This document shows positions 13,901 to 28,249 of a stretch of 64,000 nt of DNA, in pieces. This DNA is from Tubulanus polymorphus (taxonomy: Eukaryota; Animalia; Nemertea): contig NC_134028.1 of the NCBI RefSeq assembly GCF_964204645.1, positions 1,054,001 to 1,118,000 of the forward strand, read 5' to 3'. The position numbers were made by a program, and so were the translations under genes. Positions within the stretch are counted from its first letter, which is position 1. Each line of letters opens with the position of its first letter. Under the pieces are notes generated by a model. The model had not been told where the DNA came from. It did no database searches and saw only the letters and a list, made by a program, of their open reading frames with translations.

Positions 13901-16900
13901 TAAGTTTCCCGATGGATCAGGTGCGTTCTGTAGTGCATCGGGTGCATTCTCTGGTGCAGATGCTTGTTTCTCTTCGACGTGTTCGTTGAAATCTACTTGT
14001 ATCGATCGTTGTCCGATTTCTGATGACGTCACGGAGTAATCAGTCGTCGGGGTTGACGGCACCCCTTCTGTCTGATGGCTGAACAATTCCAGTAAATCGG
14101 GGTCGGTGCTTTGAAATAATGATTGTTGTTGTCGAGATGAGCTACTCGGTATAACCGGGGGAGACGGTGCGAGGCGTTTCTGATTATTCTGTTGTATGTC
14201 GTCTGCTAGGGGTGGGGAAGGTGCGTCAGCTAGGGGTGGGGAAGGTGCAATCCGTTTCTGTATATGCACCGGTGATACAGTCTGAAATATCAAATACTTT
14301 CTATTATAATAATGCGTCAATTTGTATAACCTCTGGTTTCATTCAAGAAATGTTCACCAGGACCCGGTTCCACAGTTGTGAGTTAGAGTTAACTCTGAGT
14401 TAAAGTAAGTTCATTTTCAATGAGTTAACTCCGAGTTGAATCTTAACTCGGAACTGTGGAAATGGACCCAGCACTTTTTGGGTGGAAGTGGAACTGCAGT
14501 CCATCCGCTTTACAGAAAAGCAGATGTTTGTGTTTAAATGTGCTGAGGTCATCAATTTTCTGAATCCAAAGAATTCCACATGGATGAAACAATAGATTGG
14601 AAATGATTTCCAATAAAAATGTCAAAGTTCTAACAAAAATATCAACATTGATATCTAAATATACAGACCTTGTTCGCTGTTTTATTATTATCAGTAACAT
14701 CGAACTGAGGTCGACACAACTTCATTTCAACATCGTCACCGGCATTCTTTAAAACATGCGTAACTTCCTACAAATATGAATACAACATTAGCACTATTAG
14801 CGACCTCATAGGGAGACTTCATGTATGACATAGTCCATCTTTGATTACTTCATTAGATGTAGTTAACCTGCAGTAAACATGAAGACAGATTGTACTTAGG
14901 TAGGTTAATCAATTTTATTAGAAATAAGAGCTTTCACTTCTAGTAGATAAATTTGCTTCATCCATCGGGAAAATGAGTTGATTATCTAATGAAGCTACAA
15001 TAATGACTACATTAGTAGCTACCAAAAGGTTGTATTTCTAATAAAATCAGTTCACCTACACAGAACATGTACCGTACAAGCAGTGTTCACGTTTATTGGT
15101 TTGACAATGAATCTAATATACTAACAGTAATAGACAATCCTTTCAGTTTAACACCGTTGACTTCTAGTAAAACATCTCCGACCTGCATCTCTTTACAGCT
15201 CGCCGCTGGACCGACTGGAAATATTCTCTTCACGCGAGGTACAGCTAACTGTCCGTGACCCGGTTGACATTCGTGATCGGCGACCAACGCGAATCCGAGT
15301 CCGTGACTGTCTTTCTTCAAATCAACCGTAAAAACGTTATCTGAAAAAATACATAGGTTACAAACGTTTAAAAATATGAAATCATTAACGCCAAGTCCAA
15401 ACTTTAATAATTCATTTGAATGTTTATGTTGAATCTGAACTTGTTTGAATTGTAACAACAGGAGGGACAATTAGTTTAACAAACCTTTATTAACGAACGA
15501 GTAATCTTTCACTGAACTGGGAGTGGGTGATGATAGATTAGATGATGGAGTGTTTGATGAAGTTCCCATTGATCCGACGGAGTTTGTTTTAGCAGACGCA
15601 GGTATACCCCGTTCCACTAATAAATGATTTATATCCGGAGTGTCGCGTAATAATTCGACAGCTTGACGATGAGTTACGTTCGTTAATTCGGTTTCATTCA
15701 CTTTTAAAATTCTATCACCTGAAATAATCATATTTGAAATATCTTAAAACCAGTGCGTGAAGGTCAAGGAGAGAGGGAGGAGTGAGAGGTAGAGGGAGGA
15801 GAGAGGGAGGGGAAGTGGAGGAAGGAGAGAGAGTGATGGGGGGCAGGGGAGTGAGAGGTAGAGAGGAGGTAAAGGAGAGGAGGTGGGGGAGAGGAGGTGG
15901 GGGAGAGGAGGAGAGGAGGTAGAGAATGAATTTACCGACTAATATTCGGCCGTCTGTTTGCGCCGCTCCACCAGGAACTAAAGATTTCACGTAAATTCCA
16001 CCGTGTTTAACACTAGTATTAACTCCACCAGTAACGTTTAATCCAAGACTGTTGTTTAATTTCTCGAGGGTCAATGAGTACGTATCTCCAGGTTTCAGAT
16101 CGCTATTGATCACGTCTCGTTGGTAATGAGTCTCAACTGGTGATATGGCTGTAAATATAAAATTCAACACTTCAGGACCAGGTTCCATAGTCTTAAGTCT
16201 AAGCCATGACTTTAGAACCAGCCCCAGGGCTAACTTCTGTAAAGGCTTAGGTTTAAGACTAGTACAAGAACTTGGTTCTAAATTCCCTGATTTTTCTGGG
16301 AATTTACTGTAAGAACTCGAATACTCACATACTCCAGCTGTGATCTCTCTTTCTCGAACCGGTTCAGACTCAAATCGATTTAAATCGGCCGCCGGAGTTG
16401 TCGTGTTGCGACCACCGAACGATCGGTGATCTTTACCGTTAATAATCACATCTAAATCATCATCGTACGACTTCGACAGATCGTACGGTTCATAGTGACT
16501 CGTATAGTTCAATAATCGATCTGGTATTGACGTCTTCTTTAATTCATCAGGAGCCATCCTCTCTTCAACCGTCGCTGCTACAGGAGCCATCCTCTCATCA
16601 ACCGCTGATGGGGAGTTATGTTGAAACTGTAGCGGGTGCGTTATTAGATTATTTGGAATGCCTGGACTCGTCACCGGACTCATCGCCGGACTCATTCCTC
16701 GGTTCCTCATTAATTCGATGACGTCCAGTTTCGGATCAGGATGAATCGGTTGTGATAAGAGAAGTTGAACGGGATTTGGTGAGTCACGGATCAACTCAAC
16801 CGCTTTATAGTGCGGTAATCCTTCTAAACTCTGCCCGTTTATAGCTATAATCCGATCGCCCGGATGTACTCGCCCGTCCAGATCGGCCGGGCCCGCGGGC

Positions 16901-19900
16901 GTCACTGATTTAACAAATATTCCTAAATCGAGACGACTAGTATTCTCACCCCCGACGATTGTGATTCCGATTCCATGTTTTACGTCTCTCTCTAAATCTA
17001 TCAGAACCACTTTACGTTCAGGACCTTCAATCGATGGCAATTCTTCAAATCGTTCTTTCAAGGTGTCTGAAATATGAGATTTTAAATGCTGCATATAGAA
17101 TAGAGTTTGAGAGGCAGCAACACCAGTAACTCCAGGTATCCCACCAGATGGCGCAACGAGCACTCAGTCTCACGTTGTTAAAATGAGTTTACTAGCAGTC
17201 AACTGAATGGAAGTTTTAGGCTCCTGGAATCCATACCTTATACCGAGACCCGCCTCGTGATTATTTTCATTTAAGTGAAAAGTTTATCAAATTCTAATTG
17301 AAATGTTTAAGAAATTGAACACCTTGGACCGAGTGACTACAAGCATCGCTAGGCAGAATCGCCACAGTCGTTTTGTAGATTTCCCATTGCAAGAACACAC
17401 TTTAAACACCGTCAAACTTAATAGTAAAATCTGAACATCTCAGTTTTAATCAATATTTTAAACGTACCATTAATTGTAGAGTCGTTCAATGATGAAGCAG
17501 GAAATAAACTACGATCATCGGATTTCAAACTCGATTCTAACAGAAAATAAACAAAAAACCAATACAAAATAGCTCTAAAATTACACACAAAACTCAATTA
17601 AAACAGTTTCTAGATATCAGAACAGGAAACTTGATGACAAGTCTTACCTACGACATAAGCACCTCTAGCTGCAGCTGGTGCTGCTGCAGCTGGTGTTGCT
17701 GCAGCTGGTGCTGCTGCAGCTGGTGGTGCTGTTGAAGGATTAACGGTTTTATCGACAGTAACATTCTGTTGTATAACACGTGGAGTCGATTCATCATCCT
17801 CCCCATCATCTTCATTAGACGAATGATCCTGGAAATCATCTATATCGCTGTCGACAGAAAGACAATATCAGAAATCAAGACATCGAACCTCAACTCTCAG
17901 TTTAATGATACATACTAATCTGCAGGAGGAATGTAAAGTAGATGTCTATTTCTAATATCTGATTGAGCGGCTGCAGCGCTGACCGGTCCTAAACGCTCGG
18001 GGAAGATCTGTTTCGGTATATGATCCGGTTCGTCTACACCCTTAGAATTACCATTCATCTGAGGAGCAAACAAGTAAAAATAGTTTCTAAAATCCTCAAC
18101 TCAAATAGAACTAGGAGTTGGATAATAGAAGATATCTGTATCAAATGAATGAAGGAAGTTCTACAGAAAGTTGTTCTTCGTGCCTCTGGAACTTCCAACA
18201 ATCTATCCCACTAATAATCAATGAATTGAGAAGAGTTCAGGACACATTTAATAAAGGCCTATCCACATAATACTTAACTAAGCTGTAAAACAAGCACATT
18301 TGAACTGTTGCATATAGGATACTTTCATTATATAAATAACATTTATCATCTATTATAAATCTCCCTGATTTTTAAAACTATGATATGCTTTTATTCTACA
18401 AGTACAAATGATTATTTTAGAGCTTTTTTCCACAATATTCATTTCATACACTTTTAAATGGTCTGAAAGAATGCAGGTCTAGAAAACCTAACACTAGATT
18501 TCTACTTCAGTTCTTATCCAAACCCCGGGATCCCAACTAAAACCAGGGTTCGACATTATTTCCCCTTCACCATAAATTCCCTGATTAAATTAAGTAATTA
18601 ATATCTTAAGTGGGAGATGTTACTTCTAGTTTATCAAGGTTCAGTAAACCTCATATTCTGAATCTCACTAATGTATACAAGTGGTTTCCTGATGTAAATA
18701 AACAGGTCACACGCTTTACCCTAACCCTAGCTTCTGATTGGTCAGAGCTGGCCACATGGTATGCAAATTACCAACATGCTTAACCCTAACCCTAGCTACT
18801 GATTGGTCAGAGCAGGTCACCTGATAAACAAGACCACATGGTAACCCTAACCCTAGCTTCTGATTGGTAAGAGCTGGCCACATGGTATGCAAATTACCAA
18901 CATGCTTAACACTAACCCTAGCTACTGATTGGTCAGAGCAGGTCACCTGATAAACAAGACCACATGGTAACCCTAACCCTAGCTTCTGATTGGTAAGAGC
19001 TGGCCACATGGTATGCAAATTACCAACATGCTTAACCCTAACCCTAGCTGATTGGTCAGAGAAGGTCACATAGTGTAAACAAACAGACAACACTCGTTGT
19101 ATGGCTAAAATGTGAACATCAATCGATTTGGATTTCTGTTGATCTTGAGATGAATTCCGAAAGTTTCAAGTATGAATCTGCGAACTCGATATTACAACAG
19201 TTGAGATGATTAAAATAATGAGACAGGTAAAAGATTGTCAGGGGATTGGCTAAAATAATCTCACAAGATTTATTCGAGTAGTTATTCCCTATCACTCATT
19301 ATATAGAGATTTGAAGCTTACCTTGCTGGGTACATTGTCTTCATCATTACTAGAATAATCCTCAAACTCTTGCGGAGGATGTTGAATATTTGAACCCTGT
19401 TTCTGATAAGCTTTCTCCGCGTTTGCTAACAGTTCCGGTGTAATAAGGTCGGCCATCGTAGTTCGCGACAACATGCGTGTTTTAAATGAATGTTGATTTG
19501 TGCTGAATTGCAGTAAATACTGACCCCTGTGTGTCGTACAGAAAAAAAACAGGCTGTGAAAAAGTGTGAAAAAATTCTCCCGACCGGTGTCTGGGTTGAA
19601 ATTAGTAAATGCCTGACTGAGATGTTGTCTCTCCCAGTAACTTTCTAAGTTAACCTGTATCTACTGAATGCCTTATTCCCATAAATTGAAATTACCCTAT
19701 ACCTCAATAATTAACGAGCAAAAGCTGAAAATAATCAACCTCAATAAAAGCAGAATTTCAAATATATCATACTTACTTCCTATAACTATCTGTATAATAA
19801 CTCAATTTTCCAACTTTCAGATTTTTTGATTCCGATTTCGGTAAAACTGAAAACCTGCGACGATTAAAGGATAGTTTCTGCGTTTGCGACCACGGATGAC

Positions 19901-22900
19901 GATGTATCATGATACGCGTATCGCCCTGTAATTCGGCGAGGATGATACCCTCGGTGCTGATACCGACCCACGCCGGTTGATGACGCTCGGACTTACTCTG
20001 AAAATATCGTAGATCATGAGATAAAAACCGCAGCCAGATTCAACAAATCACGTTCACTGTCGCTTTTTCCTCCCACTTGGCAGCGGAAGTTTTAACGGAA
20101 GCAATTTGTAATAATTTGTATTTATTGTTGTTGAAAGTTGTTAAACTTCCTGGTTGAATATATTTCAGTTTTACGAATAGCTTTCATAAAATTAAATAAA
20201 CCTCAGCTGAAACATTATCAATAGAATGAATAGAAACTGGAATCAGGCAGTAGGACACAATCAGCTCTAACAGGAAGGAGTGGTCATACTCACTAGACAA
20301 ACAAATTATTGCTACAAATTTTCCCATATTGACGAGGCAATTTTTCAGAATGAATCTGTTCGAATCTCTGAAGGGGAGAGGTTCAGTTAGAATACAGTAG
20401 AAATCACTCAGTGATAACTTGAATAATGAAAAATCCCACAATTGACTGAATACATGCAGAAAAAGTTTATCATTCTGACAGTGTTGAGATTTACCGCTGT
20501 ATCTAATTCCCATCTTCACAGGAACAGTAATCATCAAATAGATTGAGATATCATCAATTGTGAGATAACTCATCATCAACTACACTGAGAATCTCTATAT
20601 CAGTTTTCATACCTTGTATACTTTATAGAAATGGACTCCGTATTCTGATAATTGCATGACCTCTTTAATGAAACGTATTTCAGCTTCGTTCTCCGAGAGT
20701 CCGTTGTGTATTTTATGCATAGCAGGCAGACGATCGCGACCGTATCCCTGACCGACTCGCCGTACGATACGTTGAGGTATATAGTGCTCGACGAGGAAAT
20801 AATTACGTCTGCACGTATTCGGGTCGTAATCTCCGTATTCGGCTTGTAACGCCAGCGCTGATATATCCAACGCGTCGTCCTCGTTACACTGTACACGCTC
20901 TTCTAGAATATCTCTACGCAGCTGTATGTACAGTAAATGTTTCGTCGTTGGATGCCTGAAAGATTAAATGATTATTAGACACTGGGTTTTCAAGCGTCAA
21001 CTGAATGGAATACCGGCAAGGCGAAGCGAGGCTAGTGGCACTGGGTTACCGCGCTTCAATTTCTTCTACATTTCAATAAACTTCGAGTCAAATTTTCCGA
21101 TAAGTAAATCAATTTTCAGTGAAATCAATACCACACACTGAGTGAGAAAGGAAATCTTAAATCAATTCGATGTCGACTCGTTTGATAATTTCCGCATTTG
21201 GAAGCCTAAAAATAATGTTCAAATTTCATCGAAAATGAACTGATTTTCACTACGAGTAACCCGGTGATTTGTTGCGCCATCTGGTGTTGCCGGTATCCCA
21301 TTGAGCCAAACAACTCCAGATTCATCTACTGTATACAACTGCTGTACATTTAGTGGAAAACTCACTTCAATGCTTCGATGTCATTCGTGTAGAATTTCAC
21401 ACGGAAAAATAACGTAAACGAACTTTTACTGTGTATCGTTTTACTTTCCTTCCAAGAAGGTGGCGCCACCTTCGATAACTTTGTGTTACTATCCAGAAAC
21501 ACGTGTTCGCCGTCTGAAAACAAAAACGCAATCAGAATATTGATTAATCTTTCTACAATTTTCACTCAAAATATGATAAAATGCAGCCGAGACTGTTTAC
21601 CTTGGATGTAGGTCAACCCGAAATAAAAATGTTCGACCAAACCGAGATGTGTAACTATGACGCTATAAAGCTGTTTAGTCGTAACGCTAGGATCACAGTT
21701 TATATCGATCACTTCTCCCGTTAATAGATGAACGGCTACTGGCTTCGTGTGAGGTGTTTGTTTTACATGCTGAAATATAAATATTCATTTGAGAATTGAG
21801 TGATTTTAAACAGTTTGATAACTCTGTGATAAATGCTTCAGATTCCGTGTTTACCTCTGATACTGGCATCTCTAGTCTGATATGTGGCTCTTGACTCTTA
21901 GCGATGAACTCCGGCCCAAAAAATGACTGAAATAAATACGTATCACATTTCATCGATCTTTATTTTACATCATGAGAGTTTCATGAGCTGAGTTAGAATG
22001 GAGAATTTCAAAGAATTGTTTACCTTATTTTTTGAATTGTTAGTTGTTTGTGGAACGGGTGGAACTGGTATCGGTGGAGCTCGTCGTTTACTGGATAAAC
22101 GTTTTTGAAGTCGCGGTGGAATCTGCGCGAGGTCGGGAGAATCGCGACCTCGATTCGCGTTAACGGCTCTCGCGTAGTCCGGCGGAGCGACGACCGGTTC
22201 CTGCGCTCGTAATTCAGGCATCGACGAGAAATCGTTATAAAATCGTTTTGAATTCGGTGAATGTTTAACGTCGTCGTCGCGGAATATTCCCGGTTGTGAT
22301 AGAGGTAACGGTAAACTGAACTCGCTGTCTTCATCCGGCGAGATATCTCTACGCATCCGTAGCGCCACCTGGGAGCCATACTGCGCATTCAAATCAGGAC
22401 TAAATATACCTGTATCAAATAACAACAGATCAATATCGATTTGGCAAATAACAATTATTACGATAAGTTACAAATTCTGATCTAGTACTTAATGATTTCA
22501 AGGATTCAGTAAAATTATGAATACCCCGATAATTCTTCTCCAAAGCCTTTAAAATGATGGTAAATTTCTTAGGGTAAACTTCACATTCTGAATAAACTGA
22601 AATTAATCGTGATAAGCTATGATTGAAACAGGGTATGAGAGTAAAGTATTCACCTTGAATGAATGAGTTTTCTGATATCAAAGATCTCCTATCTGCGCCG
22701 ACGTCTGCGACATCTCCGTATTCAGATACTGATTGTACGCTACTCGTGTAACTATCTCCTGCGTGTTGATCATTGTCTCGTCTCAATCCGTATCTAACGG
22801 CGTCTAATCGTTTTTTACGTTCGTGTAACCGAGCGTAAACGCTACCGACCGTACTCGATATCGACGGATGACGTCCCGGTTGTAACGAGATGAACGACCG

Positions 22901-25819
22901 TACGTCTAGTTCGCTGCTGCGTCGCGCCGCCTGATTCCCCGCGCCCAGGTTCGGCATGCTACCACCGTGATGTTTCAACGCCCGGTGGTTGTAACGCGCG
23001 GGCACCGACTCTACCGAATGCTGTCGTAATGCCGAATCATAACCTCGATTACGACGAGAATGATGAGGTAGATTCCCGCCACGATTCGCGGAATCAAACG
23101 ATGAATCTAACGAATCTAAAACGGAGAAATAATCAAACTTAAAAAAAAAACCTACAATAGAGGGATCTAGTAACACGGCGCTATCGATACTTACTGTGTT
23201 TGGCGTTGCTGTAAGCTCCTCGACCGTGTGACCTCGATCTCGGTGGTAGTTTATCGCGAGCGGGAGGGGTACGACTGCGAGAGTGTCGCGGAGTCGTCTG
23301 AACGCTACGAGGAGTCGGGATTCGATCGGGATAGTGAAATGATTTCTCTACTTGATCTAACTGTAAACAAACAACGAAGTTTCTATGATCTATCTTATAT
23401 TGTCTATAACCTGTTTATTGGAATTATTACACTTTTGGAGTGAATCTAAATGAACTATTGTTTGTCTCTATTCAAATTGAGTCAAAGAAGACTTTTTACC
23501 AATCCTTCAAAAAACGATTGTTTATTCCGGTCGTATTAAGACCAATATGTACTCCAAGATATCAAGGTTACAGAAAATAAAGTATAGAAGACTTTAGGCG
23601 TAAGTGATTTTTCCAGGATTGTTGTCGGTTTGGTTAGAAATGAGTAACTTACGTTATGTGAGCTTCCCATAATCTGTTGATAGAGTTGAATAATTAGACC
23701 GGGGTATGGCATCTGACCCGTAAACCGGGGTCCTTGATTGCGACATTCCTGACAAAATACAAACAATTCATATCAAACGTTATAGTTGGAGGAATTCCAT
23801 ATAATTCGACTAATGATTTAAAGCAGGCGTCAATAAATAAAACAATAGCTGGGTTGATATTATCTCTCGCACACTACACATACATCTAGTGAGTGTGAAT
23901 CATCTATCAGTTCATCACACACCTGTTTATTAAGTATTAAACTATGTCGCCTGTGTAGGCATCGATATTTCACTCCCAGCTGATCAGAAATTCTCCGTTG
24001 AAAAAATTCAATGGCAAGGCTCAGTTTTATATATTCTAGAAAGTACATAACACTTTAGTGGTATCCCAGTTTGCCTTTGAAGTTACTTATTAAGAAAACA
24101 CATGAGAAATGGTGAAATCAGTAATTTCTTGTTTCTTCATGTTGGGGTAGTTTCATTTCAATTTTTAGAAGTCCTCTCGGGATATTGCTAAAACCTCAAA
24201 TGGAATTGTAAACTCACGTGTAAAAGATCGGCCAATGAAGGTCTGTGTACAGCTTGCTCTTCGCACATCGAATACAATAAAGAATCTAAAACGTGACTGA
24301 TCTTTGCATCCTGTAAAATATCAACATTTTTAGATGTCGCGACGAATGTTCGGTTCTGAGATGGATCTTCGATAGTTTTTACCTTGTTCGTAGAATTGAC
24401 GTCTGCGGCCGAATACAGAGTCATTCCTAATGAATAAACATACATCTGAAATAATAGAAAATAAAATCATAACCGTGAACTACAGATCATAATTCTGAAT
24501 CCAGTATCAATGATATTCACTATTCAGTTTAGATTTTTTGCAGCTAATGAAAACAATATTACGGCAGTAACCAACAACAACAGCTAAATCAAATATTAGA
24601 GTTTAACTGATTCAGGGAAGTTGGATGCAGAAACTGGCCCAAGGTTACCAGGTTAAGCCCAACGTACACGTTTTCTGAAAAACGTGTTTTCTGTTTTGGC
24701 GAAACAAATATTTTGCCATGTGCGTTGGGCTTTAGTAAGATATTTACCTTTTCGATATAATGAGATGATGAATGGTGTTTTTCGTGTATTTCTGGAGCCA
24801 TGTAACTGCTTTTAATATAATGATCTACAGAAACGTCAGCTAATTCAACGTGTCCGTCACTGCATAGCATCAGTGTATCAGGTGTGACTACATAAGTAGG
24901 TTTTCCATCACGAAATGCTTCATCTGTTTGATTGAATAATAAGCATATTTCTTTCATTATAGATCTACAGAATTGACATAATTGATAAATTACATGTCTG
25001 GTTCACGAGTCAGGCTAAAACTTTATTCATGGGTATCAGGTCCTTAGGGTCAGTTCTAGGCTCATCGCTTTAACCTTCAAGAGAAGTCTAAAGGTCTATA
25101 GCCAACGTAACGAGTGAAGACCATTCTTAAGATTTAAATTTTTGACTGGCCCTTCGGAATTGAGTTAAAACTGGCCCCTCGGAATTGAGTTAGCTCTGAG
25201 ACGCCTGGGTAAATGTGACCCTTGGGATGTAGATATCTAGCTGAGTCAGAAAATAGAATTTTTGTCAGAAACCGAAGACAAATGCGTATTGATTATCGAT
25301 ATCAATGAAATATGGTTTAATCAAGTGCGTCTGATTCTGACGATACGATTGACTTTATGGGGGGGGTGCAGGAACGTTCGCTGTCAAGTGTATGTTTTAT
25401 CTTGATTAGAATAGTTCGAATCAACAATTCATTTCCACGAATAATGATGAAAGATAAAACCAATAGTGATAGAACAGGCGGGATTTAGATATACAGTGGA
25501 ACCTCGTTACAGCAAACTTTACAGCACCAGAAAATATATTCAATATATCAAGTATGAAATTCGTGAAATTGTGTTTGTTACTTGTGACGAAATTCTATAT
25601 TTGTTACATGAATTGTTGTATCCGAGTTCATTATAACGAGGTTCCGCTGTAGAACAGACGCGGAGTATTAACTGGAGTTTATATTTTACCTTGCTCGACA
25701 AAGTCTTGAATAGTTTCAGCAGTTTGACAGAGAACGGCCCATAATTCACCTTCAGTAATCGGTACGACTCGAACCTCTAACGCCTCGGCGAGGGACACCT
25801 GTAAATCTAAACCCGGCAT
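7941..25819 (-). CDS. PTPN13: Tyrosine-protein phosphatase non-receptor type 13 (PTP-BAS/FAP-1) orthologue: KIND, FERM, 5 PDZ and PTP domains, over 30 coding exons
   Basis: The N-terminus MPGLDLQVSLAEALEVR...ELWAVL (25690-25819) matches the PTPN13 KIND start. KIND exons span 24218-24923 (YMAPE, VYSLGMTLY). FERM exons span ~19320-21770 (FFRVKFY, ALALQAEYGDY, EYGVHFYKV). PDZ1 is at ~16750-17020, PDZ2 at 15600-16090, PDZ3 at 14690-15340, PDZ4 at 12990-13645 and PDZ5 at 10530-11225. The PTP domain has [57 protein letters not shown] and DQYVFIY. The stop is TAG at 7943-7941. Confidence 0.95.
10297..10404. mobile_element. Palindromic MITE
   Basis: TIRs cccagtttcacaaaaagg ... cctttctgtgaaactggg. 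Two internal taaatcgattta palindromes. Confidence 0.65.
10856..11050. repeat. 22-bp minisatellite, about 9 copies, next to a PTPN13 PDZ5 splice donor
   Basis: Unit catgaaacaccgagctacagtc repeated in tandem. Confidence 0.95.
14360..14469. mobile_element. Palindromic MITE (GGACCC-GTTCCACAGTT family)
   Basis: ggacccggttccacagtt ... aactgtggaaatggaccc, with internal gagttaactc palindromes. Related fragments lie at ~11277-11380, ~16173-16230 and ~36580-36633. Confidence 0.65.
14890..15063. mobile_element. Degenerate foldback MITE, same family as 34627-34797
   Basis: The arms taggtaggttaa..ttattagaaata..agcttt and gtatttctaataaaatcagttcacctacacag match the 34627 element. Confidence 0.6.
15765..15925. 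repeat. Purine-rich GA/GGA low-complexity tract in a PTPN13 intron
   Basis: The + strand is almost only G and A (ggagagagggaggagtgagagg...). Confidence 0.85.
18716..19070. repeat. 126-bp tandem repeat (about 2.8 copies, two related subunits each) containing telomere-type CCCTAA units
   Basis: ctaaccctagcttctgattgg recurs at 18721, 18847 and 18973. Each subunit has taaccctaaccctagct..gattggtcagagc. Confidence 0.9.
21005..21305. mobile_element. MITE-like element with imperfect TIRs carrying a CTCF-like motif
   Basis: aatggaataccggcaa (~21005) ... ttgccggtatcccatt (~21290). A related fragment at ~17115-17215 shares caccagatggcgcaac and gtcaactgaatggaa. Confidence 0.5.
25494..25649. mobile_element. 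Tc1/mariner (pogo/Tigger-type) MITE
   Basis: TA|CAGTGGAACCTCGTTA ... TAACGAGGTTCCGCTG|TA gives 16-bp TIRs with one mismatch and a TA target-site duplication. Confidence 0.85.
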
Positions 25820-26604
25820 TCCGTCTCTGAAACACAAAAACACAGAATTTTATAATCATTTCATTTTTCTAGATTAGTAAATATTAAGTAACCACAAATT
25901 TCGGAAGTATCAATGATATTAAAACATTGACCTATATTTTGAGCGAGCAACGACCAGTCCCTGAGATTTACATTTTAATGAATCCATTCATCGGGCATTA
26001 ATAGCAATAACTACCAGTGACACATGTAACCAATTAATAGCAATCAGTGAGTATGAATAAATGGTAGTTTGAAATTTATGATGAATTTCTCCAGACTATC
26101 CAGTCAGTAACCTGTCTGTGGTTTAGTTTCACGATGGAAGCCCATCCAATAATAAAAGCTTACCACCAACAATTAGGTAACTAACTACAAACTACCGACA
26201 ACACAGAATTAAAAAAACAGCCTTCGAATAGGAATAGAGAACCTGTGGGTTGGATTTCACATTCCTGGGTTTATTCATCTTTTTATAGTGAATGAGACAT
26301 TGATGGACTATAGATTGATTGTCTGAAGTGATGTCTGCTCCCCTCCCCCTGAAATGACTAAAACAATCTAAACACTAGCAGCGCAATACTGCAATGGAAA
26401 TCCAACGTTGTCATCCATATGTTTCATATAGGCCTACACAGAATGAGTATGAGTAAATAGTATATTGTTTCGGAGGGCGTGGTGTATGTGTGAATGTGAG
26501 AGAGTGTAATAAATTATAAATACTACACACAACAGCTGTCAACATCTACCATCATAGATAGGCCTATATAAAAAACAGTCCATCATCAGTACTATAAGCA
26601 CCAT

Positions 26605-27070
26605 ACAGTGGTACTGTCATCATCACGGCCCTAGTGGCACTGTCATCATCACGGGCCCTAGTGGTACTGTCATCATCACGGGCCCTAGTGGTACTGTCAT
26701 CATCACGGGCCCCAATGGTACTGTCATCATCACGGGCCCCAATGGTACTGTCATCATCATGGGCCCTAGTGGTACTGTCATCATCACGGGCCCCAATGGT
26801 ACTGTCATCATCACGGGCCCTAGTGGTACTGTCAACATCACGGGCCCCAATGGTACTGTCATCATCACGGGCCCCAGTGGTACTGTCATCATCACGGGCC
26901 CCAGTGGTACTGTCATCATCACGGGCCCCAGTGGCACTGTCATCATCACGGGCCCCAGTGGCACTGTCATCATCACGGGCCCTTGTGGTACTGTCATCAT
27001 CACGGGCCCTATTGGCACTGTCATCATCACGGGCCCCAGTGGTACTGTCATCATCACGGGCCCCAGTAGC
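26605..27070. repeat. 27-bp minisatellite, about 17 copies, upstream of the PTPN13 start codon (probable 5' UTR intron)
   Basis: Unit ggtactgtcatcatcacgggccc(c/t)agt. It explains three overlapping repetitive ORFs. Confidence 0.95.
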
Positions 27071-28249
27071 ACCTGAGCTGAATTCAATCCAAAAATGGTC
27101 TTATATCTAAGGTTGTTAGAGAGGCTATAAACTGTAACCTAAATGAGCTTAGGCCAGTCATCAGAGATTCACTGACTTCGCAGATCTATGAGAACCTTGT
27201 ATGAGCCCTTGACTATGCAGCTAGAGAAGGGTTGTTAAGAGCTAGAAGACCAACCGACTAATAAAGGCTTGAACGCCCATGTACAACCTGCAGGGAAGAT
27301 AAAGCTTATTAATCATCAGAGAACCATTCTACAAAAAAAATCAATGACGATTTCATTAAGTCTTAGTAATCACTAACAGTTGTTATCAGCCAACTTGTGG
27401 TTGGCTCCGGTGGTTGGCTGTGGGAATAAAGAACACTCCTTATTTCAATGACTTTTCGAATGAGCTACTTGAAAATTCCACAACTACAAAATAACTCCTT
27501 TGGGGTCAGATTTTTCAGTTCCAAATCTCTCAAGTTTGTGCAGCTATTGTTTAGACCCGATATAGGCGAATAGAGAAAATTGTAACGCAATACAACAGTT
27601 CAATATGTCTGAGCAAAAACTAAATTAACAAATTAGTTCAAACCATGGACAAATACAGAACGTTTACATTTAATAATCTTCATACAATAAGTCAATATTT
27701 AAGGTGAATAAATGTTATTAATATAATACGACATTGTCTCATATTCACAATAGCCACATATAACAATCTTTGACTAACATATTGAACGGGTCATTAAAAA
27801 TCAGGAATGTTTAATAAATGTGTGACAGTAGGGCATTAACCATGAACTAACAGGCGTACTTAAATACCACATATAGGCCTACTGACTGAGTGCACATGCA
27901 ATATTCCTATTTCCTGTTCATTTTAACCCTAAACAAAATCCATTTTCTGACTAAAGACTCATTCATCATATAATCATTACCCAATTTTACGTAGGTCCTT
28001 ATAGAATAGTTTTTCAAGAGACACAAGATAAAATTAAGATTTACCAATCATTCAGATACAGTATTTGTCTCATAATAGTTTAGGTCTGACATTGCGTTCT
28101 ATAGTTCAATAAACAGCATCACGAAAACAAAAAAAACATTGCAAACAATAAGATAATGTTGATAAGGCTTTATAGTCTGACCGTGACAGGGCAGGCCTCG
28201 ATGATTGAGTGGTTGTGATATAGGCCTATATTGAGGGGCAGGGATCTAC

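Noticed and set aside
15715-17163. 482-aa ORF as a standalone PDZ protein
   Set aside because: It is read-through of two PTPN13 exons and the adjoining introns. The Pro/Leu/Ser tail is the GA-rich intron.
26623-27110. Three overlapping repetitive ORFs (GTVIITGPS, collagen- or ice-binding-like)
   Set aside because: They come from a 27-bp minisatellite open in several frames on both strands, with no unique flanking coding sequence.
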